From Alphaproteobacteria bacterium (lineage in GTDB: Bacteria > Pseudomonadota > Alphaproteobacteria > CAAHEQ01 > UBA3637), in NCBI GenBank assembly GCA_045632845.1, contig JAZQXL010000020.1:35386-99385 (forward strand): a stretch of DNA of 64,000 nucleotides. The letters are read 5' to 3'. The position numbers and the translations under genes are program-made. The notes below the pieces were generated by a model. It did no database searches, was not told the origin of the DNA, and was given only the letters and a program-made list of their open reading frames with translations. Positions 1-9,137 of this stretch are shown piece after piece (position 1 is the stretch's first letter; every line of letters begins with the position of its first letter).

Positions 1-740
1 AAGGAACACCAACTGTATATGCAACTCTTCCTGGTGGACACCGTTTTACAGGTATTGCTGGCAGAAATGTTATGTATGACAATAACGATTTAACTGGTGG
101 TATTGCTATGGCTATTCGTGTTTATAAAGAAGATGTTTCTATTTCTATGAGTGACTTTGGTCTAAATGAAGGAGCCAGACTTCGCCCACTCAACCGTTTG
201 AAACAAGTCGAGGATCCCGATGATCCTTTCGAACGATTAATGCTTTCAATCAAAAGAGGTGACCATGTTTTAATCAGCGGGGCAACCGCAACGGGTAAAA
301 CAACATTCTTAAACAATTTAATTAAAGTCTTAGATCCTCACAAACGGATTTTAACCATCGAAGATACAAGGGAATTGATTGTCCCTCACAAAAATAGAGT
401 TCATATCGTTCTTCCTCGTACAGAATTGACCAATAATTTTGATTATAAAAAAGTGATCGACCTTGCTGTACGTTTTACACCAGATGCAATTATTGGTGGT
501 GAAATTTCAACATCCAATGCGGGTGCCCTATGGGAATTGATGGGATCTGGTCACGACAACTGTTTTGCAACAATTCACGCAGAAAGTCCTGATGCCGCCT
601 ATAAAGCTTTTATTGGTCGTATTTTACACTCTTATCCAACAACTGATCGTGAAAAAACATATCGTGAAATGAAAGAAAAACTCCGAGTTGTTCAAATTAA
701 CCGTGATGGCAATATTCGTGCAGTTACAGAAGTCACCTGA
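1..740 (+). CDS. virB11: Type IV secretion / conjugation ATPase of the VirB11/TrbB family, C-terminal ~245 aa; reading frame is open to the window start, so the 5' end lies outside
   Basis: Walker A GATATGKTTFLN; RILTIEDTRELI, DAIIGGEI and GSGHDNCFATIHA motifs typical of secretion NTPases; no stop between position 3 and the listed ATG at 72. Confidence 0.6.
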   Translation, partial: GTPTVYATLPGGHRFTGIAGRNVMYDNNDLTGGIAMAIRVYKEDVSISMSDFGLNEGARLRPLNRLKQVEDPDDPFERLMLSIKRGDHVLISGATATGKTTFLNNLIKVLDPHKRILTIEDTRELIVPHKNRVHIVLPRTELTNNFDYKKVIDLAVRFTPDAIIGGEISTSNAGALWELMGSGHDNCFATIHAESPDAAYKAFIGRILHSYPTTDREKTYREMKEKLRVVQINRDGNIRAVTEVT

Positions 741-761
741 AAAAAGCAATACTTTACTCAG

Positions 762-806
762 GTTAAAATACTTTTTTATCTACATAAAAAAGTATTTTTT
801 TTATTT
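762..806 (+). terminator. Rho-independent terminator hairpin (aaaatactttttta...taaaaaagtatttt followed by a T-run) after virB11
   Basis: inverted repeat plus T-run read directly in sequence. Confidence 0.45.
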
Positions 807-874
807 ATATACCTCTTGATTTTTGTATTATATGTATTATATGTACTATATCAACAAAAAAATAAGGAGGCAAT

Positions 875-1162
875 ATGTTATCACAAGAAGAAAAAGCAAA
901 ACGATATGAAATTATTGAACGAGGTATTCAAAAAAGAATTCAACGAATTCAAGATGATTTGATGATTGATTTAAAATGTCCACTCAACAAAATACCAACC
1001 AGAGAATTAGAACGCAGCGTTGAGGAAGAATTAAAATACTACCTTGATGAACTTTTTGCAGGACAAGCTGAACCTTTTTTTCTGTTTGACTGTATTATTA
1101 GTGAAAACGCACCCGTATCTTTAAGTTATGGAAACCCTCATAAACGAAAAATTATTAATTAA
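875..1162 (+). CDS. Hypothetical 95-aa protein downstream of virB11
   Basis: ORF preceded by a strong RBS AAGGAGG 7 nt upstream of the ATG; no recognisable domain. Confidence 0.45.
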   Translation: MLSQEEKAKRYEIIERGIQKRIQRIQDDLMIDLKCPLNKIPTRELERSVEEELKYYLDELFAGQAEPFFLFDCIISENAPVSLSYGNPHKRKIIN

Positions 1163-1889
1163 GTTTTCCCTTTTTTGAATAGAGGATTTTATGCACCTCT
1201 GATAAGGGTAATTCCTCTAAAGATAAAAACCATGCACCAGAAGCTTTTTTATTCTCATACACGCATTTTTCAAGAGAATAGATAGTATCCGGTGCTTTTT
1301 TAACAACATCATCTCCTGGTTGCCAATTTGCGGGCGTGGCAATATCTAATCGGTCAGATAATTGCAAACTTATTAAAATACGTTTCAATTCATCAAAATT
1401 ACGCCCCGTAGAAGAGGGATAAAACAAAATTGCCCGTATAATGTTTTTTGGGTCTATAAAAAAAACACCACGAACCGTTTTTGTATCATCACTATTTGGG
1501 TGAATCATCCCATACATTCTTGATATTCGACCAGATAAATCTGCAATTAAGGGAAATCTAATTTTTGTTTTTGTTATTCCATGAAAAGAGATTTGATCTT
1601 CAATAGTCTTCAACCAACCTAGATGGCTAGTTAAACTATCAACTGACAAACCAATTAACGCTGTATTTAAAGATTCAAACTCTTGCATCATTTCTGCAAA
1701 AAAAATAAACTCGGTTGTACAAACAGGTGTAAAATCTGACGGATGACTAAACAAAATGATCCATTTGTCTTGAAAATCATTTGGAAAAGAAATCCAACCA
1801 TTCGTTGTTTCAGCATCAAATGCAGGAGCTCTATCCCCTATTTTAAGGGCGCAATTATTCTCAACATCTAATTCAGTTTCTTTTGACAT
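1155..1889 (-). CDS. Peroxiredoxin, Prx6-like / 1-Cys type (AhpC/TSA family); start refined to MSKETEL
   Basis: Catalytic motif HPSDFTPVCTTE; RBS AGGAGA upstream of the ATG at 1889; the track ORF extends 12 codons further upstream without an RBS. Confidence 0.8.
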   Translation of the reverse strand: MSKETELDVENNCALKIGDRAPAFDAETTNGWISFPNDFQDKWIILFSHPSDFTPVCTTEFIFFAEMMQEFESLNTALIGLSVDSLTSHLGWLKTIEDQISFHGITKTKIRFPLIADLSGRISRMYGMIHPNSDDTKTVRGVFFIDPKNIIRAILFYPSSTGRNFDELKRILISLQLSDRLDIATPANWQPGDDVVKKAPDTIYSLEKCVYENKKASGAWFLSLEELPLSEVHKILYSKKGKLN

Positions 1890-1973
1890 AAAAAATCTCC
1901 TCTTTGATAAAAGTGGAGTTCTCATTTGTTTTTTTCAATCAATACGATGGAATAAAGATCTTTTAAGCATAAA

Positions 1974-2005
1974 AAAAAGTCGCCCATAAGCGACCTCTTT
2001 TTTTA
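1974..2005. terminator. Bidirectional intrinsic terminator (GTCGC-CCATAA-GCGAC with T-runs on both strands) between rpmG and the prx gene
   Basis: hairpin plus flanking T/A runs. Confidence 0.5.
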
Positions 2006-2017
2006 CCCAAAATTGAA

Positions 2018-2185
2018 TTATTTCAATTTCTTTTCAACAAATTCCACGTGTTTTCTGGCTTTTTTGTCATATTTGCGGATTTTTAACTTTTCAGTTTTTG
2101 TCCGTGGGTTCTTTTTTGTTACATAGAAAACACCTGTACCAGCAGTGCTTTCTAATTTAACTTCAACTGTTGTCGGTTTTGCCAT
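2018..2185 (-). CDS. rpmG: 50S ribosomal protein L33 (55 aa), missed by the ORF track because it is under 60 aa
   Basis: Translation [55 protein letters not shown] matches the L33 pattern (STAGTG.FY.T.KN.R...KL...KYD...R.HV.F.E.K). Confidence 0.75.
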   Translation of the reverse strand: MAKPTTVEVKLESTAGTGVFYVTKKNPRTKTEKLKIRKYDKKARKHVEFVEKKLK

Positions 2186-2278
2186 AATATACCACCACTA
2201 AAAAATAAATTAAACCATAGGTGTTCACTATATATTAATTTTTCAATAAAGTCAAGCTAAAATGTCACATCAAACACA

Positions 2279-3070
2279 TTATTTTTCTTCAATTATGTCG
2301 ATTTGATAGCCATCTTGCTTCAACCAATCAATGATTCGAGCTAAAAAAGCCTTTTCACGTTCGTGAATTTCACCGTCTGCAGTTATTACATTTAAAATTG
2401 ATTGTATCAGTGGTTGAACAACCTCTTTACCCTTTCTTAAAACATGGTGAAATGCTGTTGAAAAACTATCACTATCTGGCGCTAAAGAAATTAAATAATC
2501 ATTCATTTGTATATCATCATATGCCAAATATGGCACACGGGAACGAACATGTTTTAAAACACATTGCCGTTCTTTTGATGCCAAAGCACCATCAACACCC
2601 ACCAAATACATCAAAACCGTAATTTCATGACTTGTTTCTTTAATGGCCTTAGCAAAATCAGACATTGGTTCTGGCAAATAGGAATCTTCAACAGCAATTC
2701 CCAACACATTTTGCAAAAAAACATATGGATCAGAATACATTTTTTCAGAATTAATATCTGTTATACATGAAATTTGACTTACACGAATAAGACGTGGCGC
2801 TTTAATGTCCAAAGCAACACCATCAATAAAATATTCTTCTTTATTTTTAATGATTCGACGGATTAAAAAATCCCTTTTTTTCAAATTTGAACTTAATGAT
2901 TCATAAGTGATTGATGCTTTAACAGATATACCTGAGTGAATTTCAATTGAAGATGTTAAAGTTTCTTGCACCATATCAGGAATCATTTTTGATTCCGTTG
3001 GTTGTTTTTCAATTTCTTCATCACGAAAATCTTTTGCCGCTTTTAAAATATCTTCTTGACTTACAGACAT
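2279..3070 (-). CDS. Hypothetical protein with a C-terminal TerB-like (tellurite-resistance/DjlA N-terminal-like) helical domain
   Basis: C-terminal segments VDGALASKERQ...ADGEIHEREKAFLARI resemble TerB-family repeats; weak. Confidence 0.35.
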   Translation of the reverse strand: MSVSQEDILKAAKDFRDEEIEKQPTESKMIPDMVQETLTSSIEIHSGISVKASITYESLSSNLKKRDFLIRRIIKNKEEYFIDGVALDIKAPRLIRVSQISCITDINSEKMYSDPYVFLQNVLGIAVEDSYLPEPMSDFAKAIKETSHEITVLMYLVGVDGALASKERQCVLKHVRSRVPYLAYDDIQMNDYLISLAPDSDSFSTAFHHVLRKGKEVVQPLIQSILNVITADGEIHEREKAFLARIIDWLKQDGYQIDIIEEK

Positions 3071-3072
3071 AT

Positions 3073-3624
3073 CTATTTTTCCCTCAAAACAAATTTAATC
3101 CATTCTTTGGTATGAGTATATAAATTCCCAATTGAAATTGCAATGTCTTTTTTTGGGGGCATCCAAGTTGATTTTGCAATAAAATCAGCCTCTTTATTTA
3201 AAAATATATTTTTCCCCTTGTTCTTTAAAAATGCAGCCCATTCAACATCCGTTAACAACGAAACGTTTTCCCTTCCAAATTTAAAAATAGCCACACGTTT
3301 TAAAAGTTTGGAAATCTCTTTTCCAACTTCAACAGGTGTTAATGGTTGCTTTTCAATCTTTTTAAGTTCTTGTAAGGCATACACATATGCTGAAGGAAAA
3401 AAACGCCTTTTAACATAAATAATCAACACAATGCTCAATAGGACAAAAACACTTAAAATAATCCACCAACCACTTGCTAATGGAAAAATTGATGGCTTTT
3501 CACCCAAAATAACATCTTTTAAACCAGAAAGATCCAAATCTTTTGGATAAGGCATCACTGCTGTTGCAAATAAAACAGAACTAATTCTTGCTTTTTGAGA
3601 GATCATACCAATCCCCCTTTGCAA
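3073..3624 (-). CDS. Small membrane protein, DUF4381-like, third gene of the MoxR-DUF58 (Bat-like) module
   Basis: single TM segment WWIILSVFVLLSIVLIIYV; position directly after the DUF58 gene as in Bat operons. Confidence 0.35.
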   Translation of the reverse strand: MQRGIGMISQKARISSVLFATAVMPYPKDLDLSGLKDVILGEKPSIFPLASGWWIILSVFVLLSIVLIIYVKRRFFPSAYVYALQELKKIEKQPLTPVEVGKEISKLLKRVAIFKFGRENVSLLTDVEWAAFLKNKGKNIFLNKEADFIAKSTWMPPKKDIAISIGNLYTHTKEWIKFVLREK

Positions 3625-4523
3625 TAAAATGCCAACATATTGATAAACTCATCTTCAGTTGTTAAAGGAAGATATCCAACCCGTTCATTTTTTGCAATTT
3701 CTAACAAGGAAGAAACAAAATCTTCAAACTCTGATCTGTATTTGTTTTGAAAAGACTTTGTTTTTGCATTCAAAAAAATTGTTTCAACGCCATTTGTTAC
3801 AGGAAAAACCCCTTTGGGGAACTCTTTTTCCAGCCCATCATAAATATGAATTAATGAACAAGTTGCTTTTTTTGAAATACGCTGAATAATTGTTTCAATT
3901 TCTTCATTATAATCAACAAAATCGCTTATAACAAAAACATTAGCGCCTCTTCGAATAAACTTTTCACTCTTTGCCATGGCTTGCAAAAGCGTATTTTCTT
4001 CAAGAGTACTTTTTTCAACATCACCCTCAACACTCAACGAATCTAAAAAAGAAGACAATGTTTCTTTTCCCATTTGAGGGATTGCACACGTTATTTTATC
4101 ATCTCCTAAAACACAAAAACCAATTTTATCATTTTTATTTTCAGCTAAAAAAGATAAAAATGCAGCACATTTTGCAGCTACAACAGATTTAAAAACACCT
4201 TTTGTTGCAAACTTCATATGCTCTCGCATATCAACAACAATAAAAACCTGTTGTTCCTTTTCATCTGTATATAACTTTGTGTAAGGTTTGTTATGTTTGG
4301 CAGTAATCTTCCAATCAATCAACCGAACATCATCCCCTGGTTGATATACACGAACTTCTTGAAAATCCAAGCCTTTCGTCTTAAAAGGCGAAATATGTTC
4401 TCCAAAACCAACATCTACTAGCAATTTTGCTTTGCCAAAAGAAAACATTTGAGCCTTTTTTTTCAGAGCTAAAAGCTGTTCTTTTGAAGCATATATTGAT
4501 TCAGAAAAATTGTTTTTTTTCAT
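3603..4523 (-). CDS. DUF58 domain protein (MoxR partner, vWA-like fold)
   Basis: DUF58 signature FQEVRVYQPGDDVRLIDWKITAK; ends 1 nt before the MoxR gene start. Confidence 0.7.
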   Translation of the reverse strand: MKKNNFSESIYASKEQLLALKKKAQMFSFGKAKLLVDVGFGEHISPFKTKGLDFQEVRVYQPGDDVRLIDWKITAKHNKPYTKLYTDEKEQQVFIVVDMREHMKFATKGVFKSVVAAKCAAFLSFLAENKNDKIGFCVLGDDKITCAIPQMGKETLSSFLDSLSVEGDVEKSTLEENTLLQAMAKSEKFIRRGANVFVISDFVDYNEEIETIIQRISKKATCSLIHIYDGLEKEFPKGVFPVTNGVETIFLNAKTKSFQNKYRSEFEDFVSSLLEIAKNERVGYLPLTTEDEFINMLAFYCKGGLV

Positions 4524-4524
4524 T

Positions 4525-5484
4525 CTACACCATTGGAACTCGTTTTAATAACGTATTCAACAACTGATCCGATGTAACACCAACAGCCTTTGCTTCAAAA
4601 GATGGCAACAAGCGATGTCTTAACACATCAAAAACAATTGATTTTAAATCTTCAGGAGCAACATAGTCACGACCATTCAACCAAGCAGAAGCTCTGGCCG
4701 CAATATCAAGAGCAATTGTCCCACGAGGAGAAACCCCAAAACCAATATACTTTGACAAATCATCCCCATAAGGTGATGGGTCACGTGTCGCCATTACCAA
4801 TTGAATGATGTATTCTTCAATTTCTGGAGACATATACACATCCAACACATCTTGTCTGGCAGCCATAACTGCTCGCTCAGAAATTTTCTTAAACACAGGT
4901 AATGGTTCTTGTTTTTCTTCTTGACGAATTAATTTTAAAATTTTTCGCTCAGCTTCCGCTGTTGGATATTTAATTTTTACATAAAACAAAAAACGATCAA
5001 GTTGCGCTTCGGGCAAAACATAAGTTCCTTCTTGCTCAATTGGATTTTGCGTTGCCATAACCATAAACAAATCTGGTAATTTGTATGTTGTATTTCCAAC
5101 TGTAATTTGACGTTCACCCATTGCCTCTAATAAGGCAGATTGCACCTTTGCTGGAGCACGATTAATTTCATCAGCAATAATCAAATTGTTAAAAATTGGA
5201 CCTTTTTGGAAATAAAATTGATGTGTTTCGTGACGATAAACATCACTTCCTGTAATATCAGATGGTAATAAATCTGGTGTAAATTGAATACGTTGTTCCT
5301 TAGCATCAATTAAACAAGAAAGCATCTTAACCGCTTTTGTTTTTGCAAGCCCAGGAGCTCCTTCAACCAGCAAATGTCCATTACACAACAATGCGATAAC
5401 CAATTTTCGAACCAAATCCTCTTGTCCAACAATAACGCTGTTCATATAATCTAACAATCTCTGAAAGTCTTGAGTAATAGCCAT
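4525..5484 (-). CDS. MoxR-family AAA+ ATPase
   Basis: Walker A GHLLVEGAPGLAKTKAV, Walker B LIIADEINRAP, ~319 aa typical of MoxR. Confidence 0.85.
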   Translation of the reverse strand: MAITQDFQRLLDYMNSVIVGQEDLVRKLVIALLCNGHLLVEGAPGLAKTKAVKMLSCLIDAKEQRIQFTPDLLPSDITGSDVYRHETHQFYFQKGPIFNNLIIADEINRAPAKVQSALLEAMGERQITVGNTTYKLPDLFMVMATQNPIEQEGTYVLPEAQLDRFLFYVKIKYPTAEAERKILKLIRQEEKQEPLPVFKKISERAVMAARQDVLDVYMSPEIEEYIIQLVMATRDPSPYGDDLSKYIGFGVSPRGTIALDIAARASAWLNGRDYVAPEDLKSIVFDVLRHRLLPSFEAKAVGVTSDQLLNTLLKRVPMV

Positions 5485-5545
5485 TTTTTTCTTTCTCCCC
5501 TTAAATTGTGAGTTGCTTTGTTGTTAAAATTAATATATACTGCTT

Positions 5546-6322
5546 TTGTTAGGATTGCAAATGACAAATTCAATTTTGTCCCTCTATTGGGTATTTTTTA
5601 TTGATGACAATAACCAGTTGTGGGTTCTTTTTCAAGATGGCAGACTTAGTTTGATGAAACAAGTTCCGCCATTTGCTTCTTTTTCCTCTGATCACACGTT
5701 GATTACAGGGGTTGAAATTGATGGCAAATCAACAGCTATCAAATGGATGTATGCTGACTTTCAAAAAAAAGAATTCCCGCCTATTATCTCCTGTAGTGGA
5801 TATTGCTATTTCCCTGCTCTATTGAATAAAGTACACAGCCGACTAGCTCTCATTCAAGCAGATTTATTAAACCCTGCTGGCACTGGGAAAATGCTTGTCT
5901 ACCAAAAAGCAAGAAAAAAATATCACCTTATTGATACTTTTCAAGCTGCAATGTATCCACCTTTTTATGGAAACTCTGGTTCACTGTATTATATATCTCC
6001 TAAAGGCGATTTGGAGAAAAAAACAATTGATGAAATCAAACTTATTCACCCTCAAGTTTCTCTTTTTGCCCTCAGTGAAACTGAAGAAGATATCGCTGTT
6101 TATTCTGGCGAAACTATTCGTTGGATTTCTCCAAAAACTGGGCAATTTAGGCAATTTATTGCCTTTGATGTGACAGCCATCGGGTTCAACCAATCAGCAG
6201 ACACACTCTTTTTTGCTACGCACAAAAATGGCAGAACTGGGTTATATCAATATAATAAACATAACCAAGAAATTACCCTTATCCTAAACCATCCTGCAAA
6301 AATAACAGCCATTTCATTTTAG
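5546..6322 (+). CDS. Hypothetical protein, possibly with beta-propeller (PD40/TolB-like) repeats; the true start may be at MTNSILS (5561)
   Basis: long ORF; no secure motif. Confidence 0.35.
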   Translation: MLGLQMTNSILSLYWVFFIDDNNQLWVLFQDGRLSLMKQVPPFASFSSDHTLITGVEIDGKSTAIKWMYADFQKKEFPPIISCSGYCYFPALLNKVHSRLALIQADLLNPAGTGKMLVYQKARKKYHLIDTFQAAMYPPFYGNSGSLYYISPKGDLEKKTIDEIKLIHPQVSLFALSETEEDIAVYSGETIRWISPKTGQFRQFIAFDVTAIGFNQSADTLFFATHKNGRTGLYQYNKHNQEITLILNHPAKITAISF

Positions 6323-6381
6323 TTTCTTGACAAAAAAACACCTCCCTTTTATACTATTTTTACAAAAATATTGGAGGAAAA

Positions 6382-7164
6382 ATGTCTATTTCAGATATCT
6401 TATTGCTTTCATTTGTTCAAAGTGCAACTGAATTTTTGCCCGTCAGTTCATCGGGCCACCTTATTTTGATGGAAAAATTTGGATTTTCTAATCAAAATTT
6501 GTTAATGGATATCTCTTTACATTTAGGAACATTGATTGCTGTTTTAGCTTTTTTTCACAAAGATATTTTAAACATTCTCAAAAATTTTTATAAAAAAAGC
6601 CAAGAACAAAAACTTCTTTTTCACTTAATCATTGCAACCATTCCAGCTTGTATTCTTGGTTATTTTTTAAATGACATCATCGAAACAACACTCAGATCAC
6701 CGCTTATTATTGCATTCACATCTATTTTTTATGGGTGTTTACTATGGATTGCAGATAAATTTTCCACGAGCAAAAAGGAAATTAAAGATATTGGAGTAAA
6801 AGAAGCTCTCATCATTGGATGCGCACAAGCACTCGCTCTTATCCCTGGCACAAGTCGTTCTGGAATCACAATGACAAGTGCTAGATTTTTAGGATTAAAC
6901 AGGGTTGACAGCGCTAAATTTTCAATGTTATTATCTATCCCTGTTATTGCTTTAGGCGCTTTTTATATGCTTTTTAAAAGCGCAAATGAAGGTATTTTAA
7001 CACCAGAAATTATATCAAATCTTTCAATAGGAATTGTTTCAGCCGGAATTTTTGGATTAGCAGCTGTTTGGTTTTTAATCCGCTGGTTAAAAACAGCCTC
7101 ATTTGCCTTATTTGCAATTTATAGAATTATCTTAGGAATTATTTTGTTCTGTATCTTTCTCTAG
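6382..7164 (+). CDS. uppP: Undecaprenyl-diphosphate phosphatase (UppP/BacA)
   Basis: RBS GGAGGAAAA upstream; motifs SSGHLIL and PGTSRSGITMTSARFLG; multi-TM. Confidence 0.8.
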   Translation: MSISDILLLSFVQSATEFLPVSSSGHLILMEKFGFSNQNLLMDISLHLGTLIAVLAFFHKDILNILKNFYKKSQEQKLLFHLIIATIPACILGYFLNDIIETTLRSPLIIAFTSIFYGCLLWIADKFSTSKKEIKDIGVKEALIIGCAQALALIPGTSRSGITMTSARFLGLNRVDSAKFSMLLSIPVIALGAFYMLFKSANEGILTPEIISNLSIGIVSAGIFGLAAVWFLIRWLKTASFALFAIYRIILGIILFCIFL

Positions 7165-7362
7165 TTTTTTCAAAAGCCAATTAAGAACAAAAACTCTTAA
7201 TGCACTTGACAAATTACCCTCACGGGACATATCAATTTTTTCAACCAACTGTTGAAGTGTTGTTTGCTCAGTTTCAGAAATCTGTTTAAGAATCTTCCAA
7301 AATTCATCTTCCATTGAAACACTGGTTGAATGTCCCATAATTACCAAAGATCTTTTTTTCAT
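7132..7362 (-). CDS. Ribbon-helix-helix protein of the RHH_4 type
   Basis: HSTSVSMEDEFWKIL...GNLSSALRVFVLNWL matches the RHH_4 pattern (HRTSVSLE.EFW..L......GNLSSAIRVFVL). Confidence 0.55.
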   Translation of the reverse strand: MKKRSLVIMGHSTSVSMEDEFWKILKQISETEQTTLQQLVEKIDMSREGNLSSALRVFVLNWLLKKLEKDTEQNNS

Positions 7363-7784
7363 TTTTTACGGTACCGATCTAAATCAATAATTTGTCCAGT
7401 TACGGCTTCATTATTTTTTTCTTTTTTAGGAAATTCGTCTTTTTGTGGCTGCAAAACAAAACCAAACTGTTGTGAAGGATCTGCAAATTGTGTAATTGCA
7501 GTATAAGGAACTTTCAATGTTGATAAAACACCCCCAAAAGCTAAATCAACACAAAAATAATCTTCATTTACAACCAAATTTTCAAATTGATATTGCAAAA
7601 CAACTGTGATTTCTTCTGGATACTTTGCTCGCACAAAATCAGGGATAACAACATCTTTTCGATCTGTTCTAAATGAAATTAAAAAATGATTCTCTGAAGA
7701 CAACCCCTCGTTTTCAACAGTCTTTAAAATATCACGAATCATATATCTTCGTGAAGCATAAAGAAATTGATTATAATCCAACAT
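7359..7784 (-). CDS. sspB: ClpXP adaptor SspB (alphaproteobacterial type)
   Basis: HHFLISFRTDRKDVVIPDFVRAKYPEEITVVLQYQFENLVVNEDYFCVDLAFGG follows the SspB-alpha pattern; RBS AGGAGAGGG upstream. Confidence 0.7.
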   Translation of the reverse strand: MLDYNQFLYASRRYMIRDILKTVENEGLSSENHFLISFRTDRKDVVIPDFVRAKYPEEITVVLQYQFENLVVNEDYFCVDLAFGGVLSTLKVPYTAITQFADPSQQFGFVLQPQKDEFPKKEKNNEAVTGQIIDLDRYRKK

Positions 7785-7795
7785 ATCCCTCTCCT

Positions 7796-8105
7796 AAAAA
7801 AAAGTGGATTTTCTGTTGCTAGGTAATCCACAAACCCCACCTAAACGCTCATATTGTCTAGGGATTGATCGTTACTTAGATACCTAAAATTAAGCAGCTA
7901 AAGCAACTGGAGCAAAATTATCATTTGCGTTTATATTATCAGCCCGATAACGGTGGTACAATACCGGATACAAGAGAAAGCCTTTATTATGCGTGTCGAT
8001 TCTATTTCACCCCCATAATAAATGGTGGAGGTGTCGGGTACTGCCCCCGAGTCCACAGACATCTATTCTGCTTTTCGTTTAGCATCATAGTCAGTTACCT
8101 GACAA
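7796..8105 (-). ncRNA. ssrA: tmRNA (ssrA), two-piece circularly permuted form. Acceptor piece ~8105..8023 ends in CCTCCACCA. An 8-nt linker follows, then the coding piece from ~8014 with tag ORF 7928..7890 and a terminator at ~7796-7831
   Basis: Minus-strand GCA AAT GAT AAT TTT GCT CCA GTT GCT TTA GCT GCT TAA encodes ANDNFAPVALAA-stop. Acceptor 3' strand CACCTCC-A-CCA pairs with GGGGGTG at the start of the coding piece. Stem TCGGG/CCCGA with a 7-nt loop sits before the 3' acceptor strand. Confidence 0.7.
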
Positions 8106-8109
8106 GTTT

Positions 8110-8138
8110 AGTATACCCTAAAATTAAACCAAGCGCAA
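8110..8138 (-). promoter_or_regulatory. Candidate sigma70 promoter for ssrA (TTGCGC, 17 nt, TATACT)
   Basis: hexamers and spacing read from the sequence; AT-rich background makes chance matches possible. Confidence 0.3.
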
Positions 8139-8141
8139 GCT

Positions 8142-9137
8142 CTATTTCTCACCTTGTTTTGACAAATCTCTTAGATTTTTTTGCATTTTAGCTTTAGATA
8201 AATACAAAACAGCAGTTGTTGCTTTTTTACCACTTTCCAAAAGTTGTTGGGCATACAACATCCTTTCTTTTACATTTGATGGCGAAATGCAAATATATTG
8301 TGGAGAGGTCAACAGATACTTCATTAAATGTCTAGCATCTGCATTTGGGTGTTGTGAAAAATAAAACACACCGTTTTCAAAGTTCTCTTGATACATTGTA
8401 ATATTTTGAATCAATGCATTTGTATCTTTACAAAAAAGTTTTGGATGTGAAAAACAAGCATCTATCCAGTCTTGTTTTTGAACACCAAATTTTTGAATAA
8501 AATCACCCATAACCGCACACTTTTGCTTTAACGTTTCAATATCTTTCACCAATATGTCTGGCATTTTTTTCAAAACAGAAACACTTTCATCAAAAGAAAC
8601 ACCATGCGATTTTGAAAAAGCAATAAAATCCATCAATTTCACATCTAGATTTTCAGGATTTATTTTTAAAACATTTGGATATTTAAAAGCCATTTTAACA
8701 AAATCAGTAATAGATACTTTATATTTTGATAAAACAATCAATCCATCATTGATGTTTTTCTTAATTTTTTTAGGCCCCCAACCCAATACCGCTCTCCCAT
8801 GAGCTGTTGAAGACATTTCGTTTAAAAAAAGCTTAGAATCAGCACCTTTTTCTTGAATAAAAGACAACAAATCATTCAATGATGCAGGTAGATACGAAAA
8901 AACAATCCCATCACTAAGCGTATTGTACATATCTTCTTTTGAAACACCACAATCAGAAAAAATCTTTTCAAACAAAGAAAAACGTTCTTGAATATTCACC
9001 CGCAAAAACGGTAAAGATTCTTCTTTTTCTTTTTGACGGACATTCAAAAGTTTCAAAATCTGTTCCTTTGAAAAACCAACAGTTTTAAAATCTTCAACAA
9101 TCTTATTCAAAATCTTTTTTTTATCTTGATTTTCCAT
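8142..9137 (-). CDS. Paralog 1 of a three-gene tandem family with ~35-aa helical repeats containing a PxLL core (mTERF-like solenoid); unknown function
   Basis: Repeated motifs such as KYPNVLKINPENL, SHPKLFCKDTNALIQ; N-terminus GFSKEQILKLL shared with paralogs 2 and 3. Confidence 0.5.
   Translation of the reverse strand: MENQDKKKILNKIVEDFKTVGFSKEQILKLLNVRQKEKEESLPFLRVNIQERFSLFEKIFSDCGVSKEDMYNTLSDGIVFSYLPASLNDLLSFIQEKGADSKLFLNEMSSTAHGRAVLGWGPKKIKKNINDGLIVLSKYKVSITDFVKMAFKYPNVLKINPENLDVKLMDFIAFSKSHGVSFDESVSVLKKMPDILVKDIETLKQKCAVMGDFIQKFGVQKQDWIDACFSHPKLFCKDTNALIQNITMYQENFENGVFYFSQHPNADARHLMKYLLTSPQYICISPSNVKERMLYAQQLLESGKKATTAVLYLSKAKMQKNLRDLSKQGEK

Noticed and set aside
122-316. Numerous 60-120 aa antisense or nested ORFs from the track (for example 122..316-, 2398..2622+, 3143..3418+, 5895..6173+, 13757..13996-, 28917..29237+, 51281..51997-)
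   Set aside because: Each lies inside a longer, motif-supported CDS on the other strand or frame. AT-rich DNA is poor in GC-rich stop codons on the antisense strand; none has an RBS or domain signature
7925-8191. 88-aa plus-strand ORF in the ORF track
   Set aside because: It lies entirely within the tmRNA gene on the opposite strand, starts at a TTG and has no RBS; it is a spurious ORF over a structured RNA
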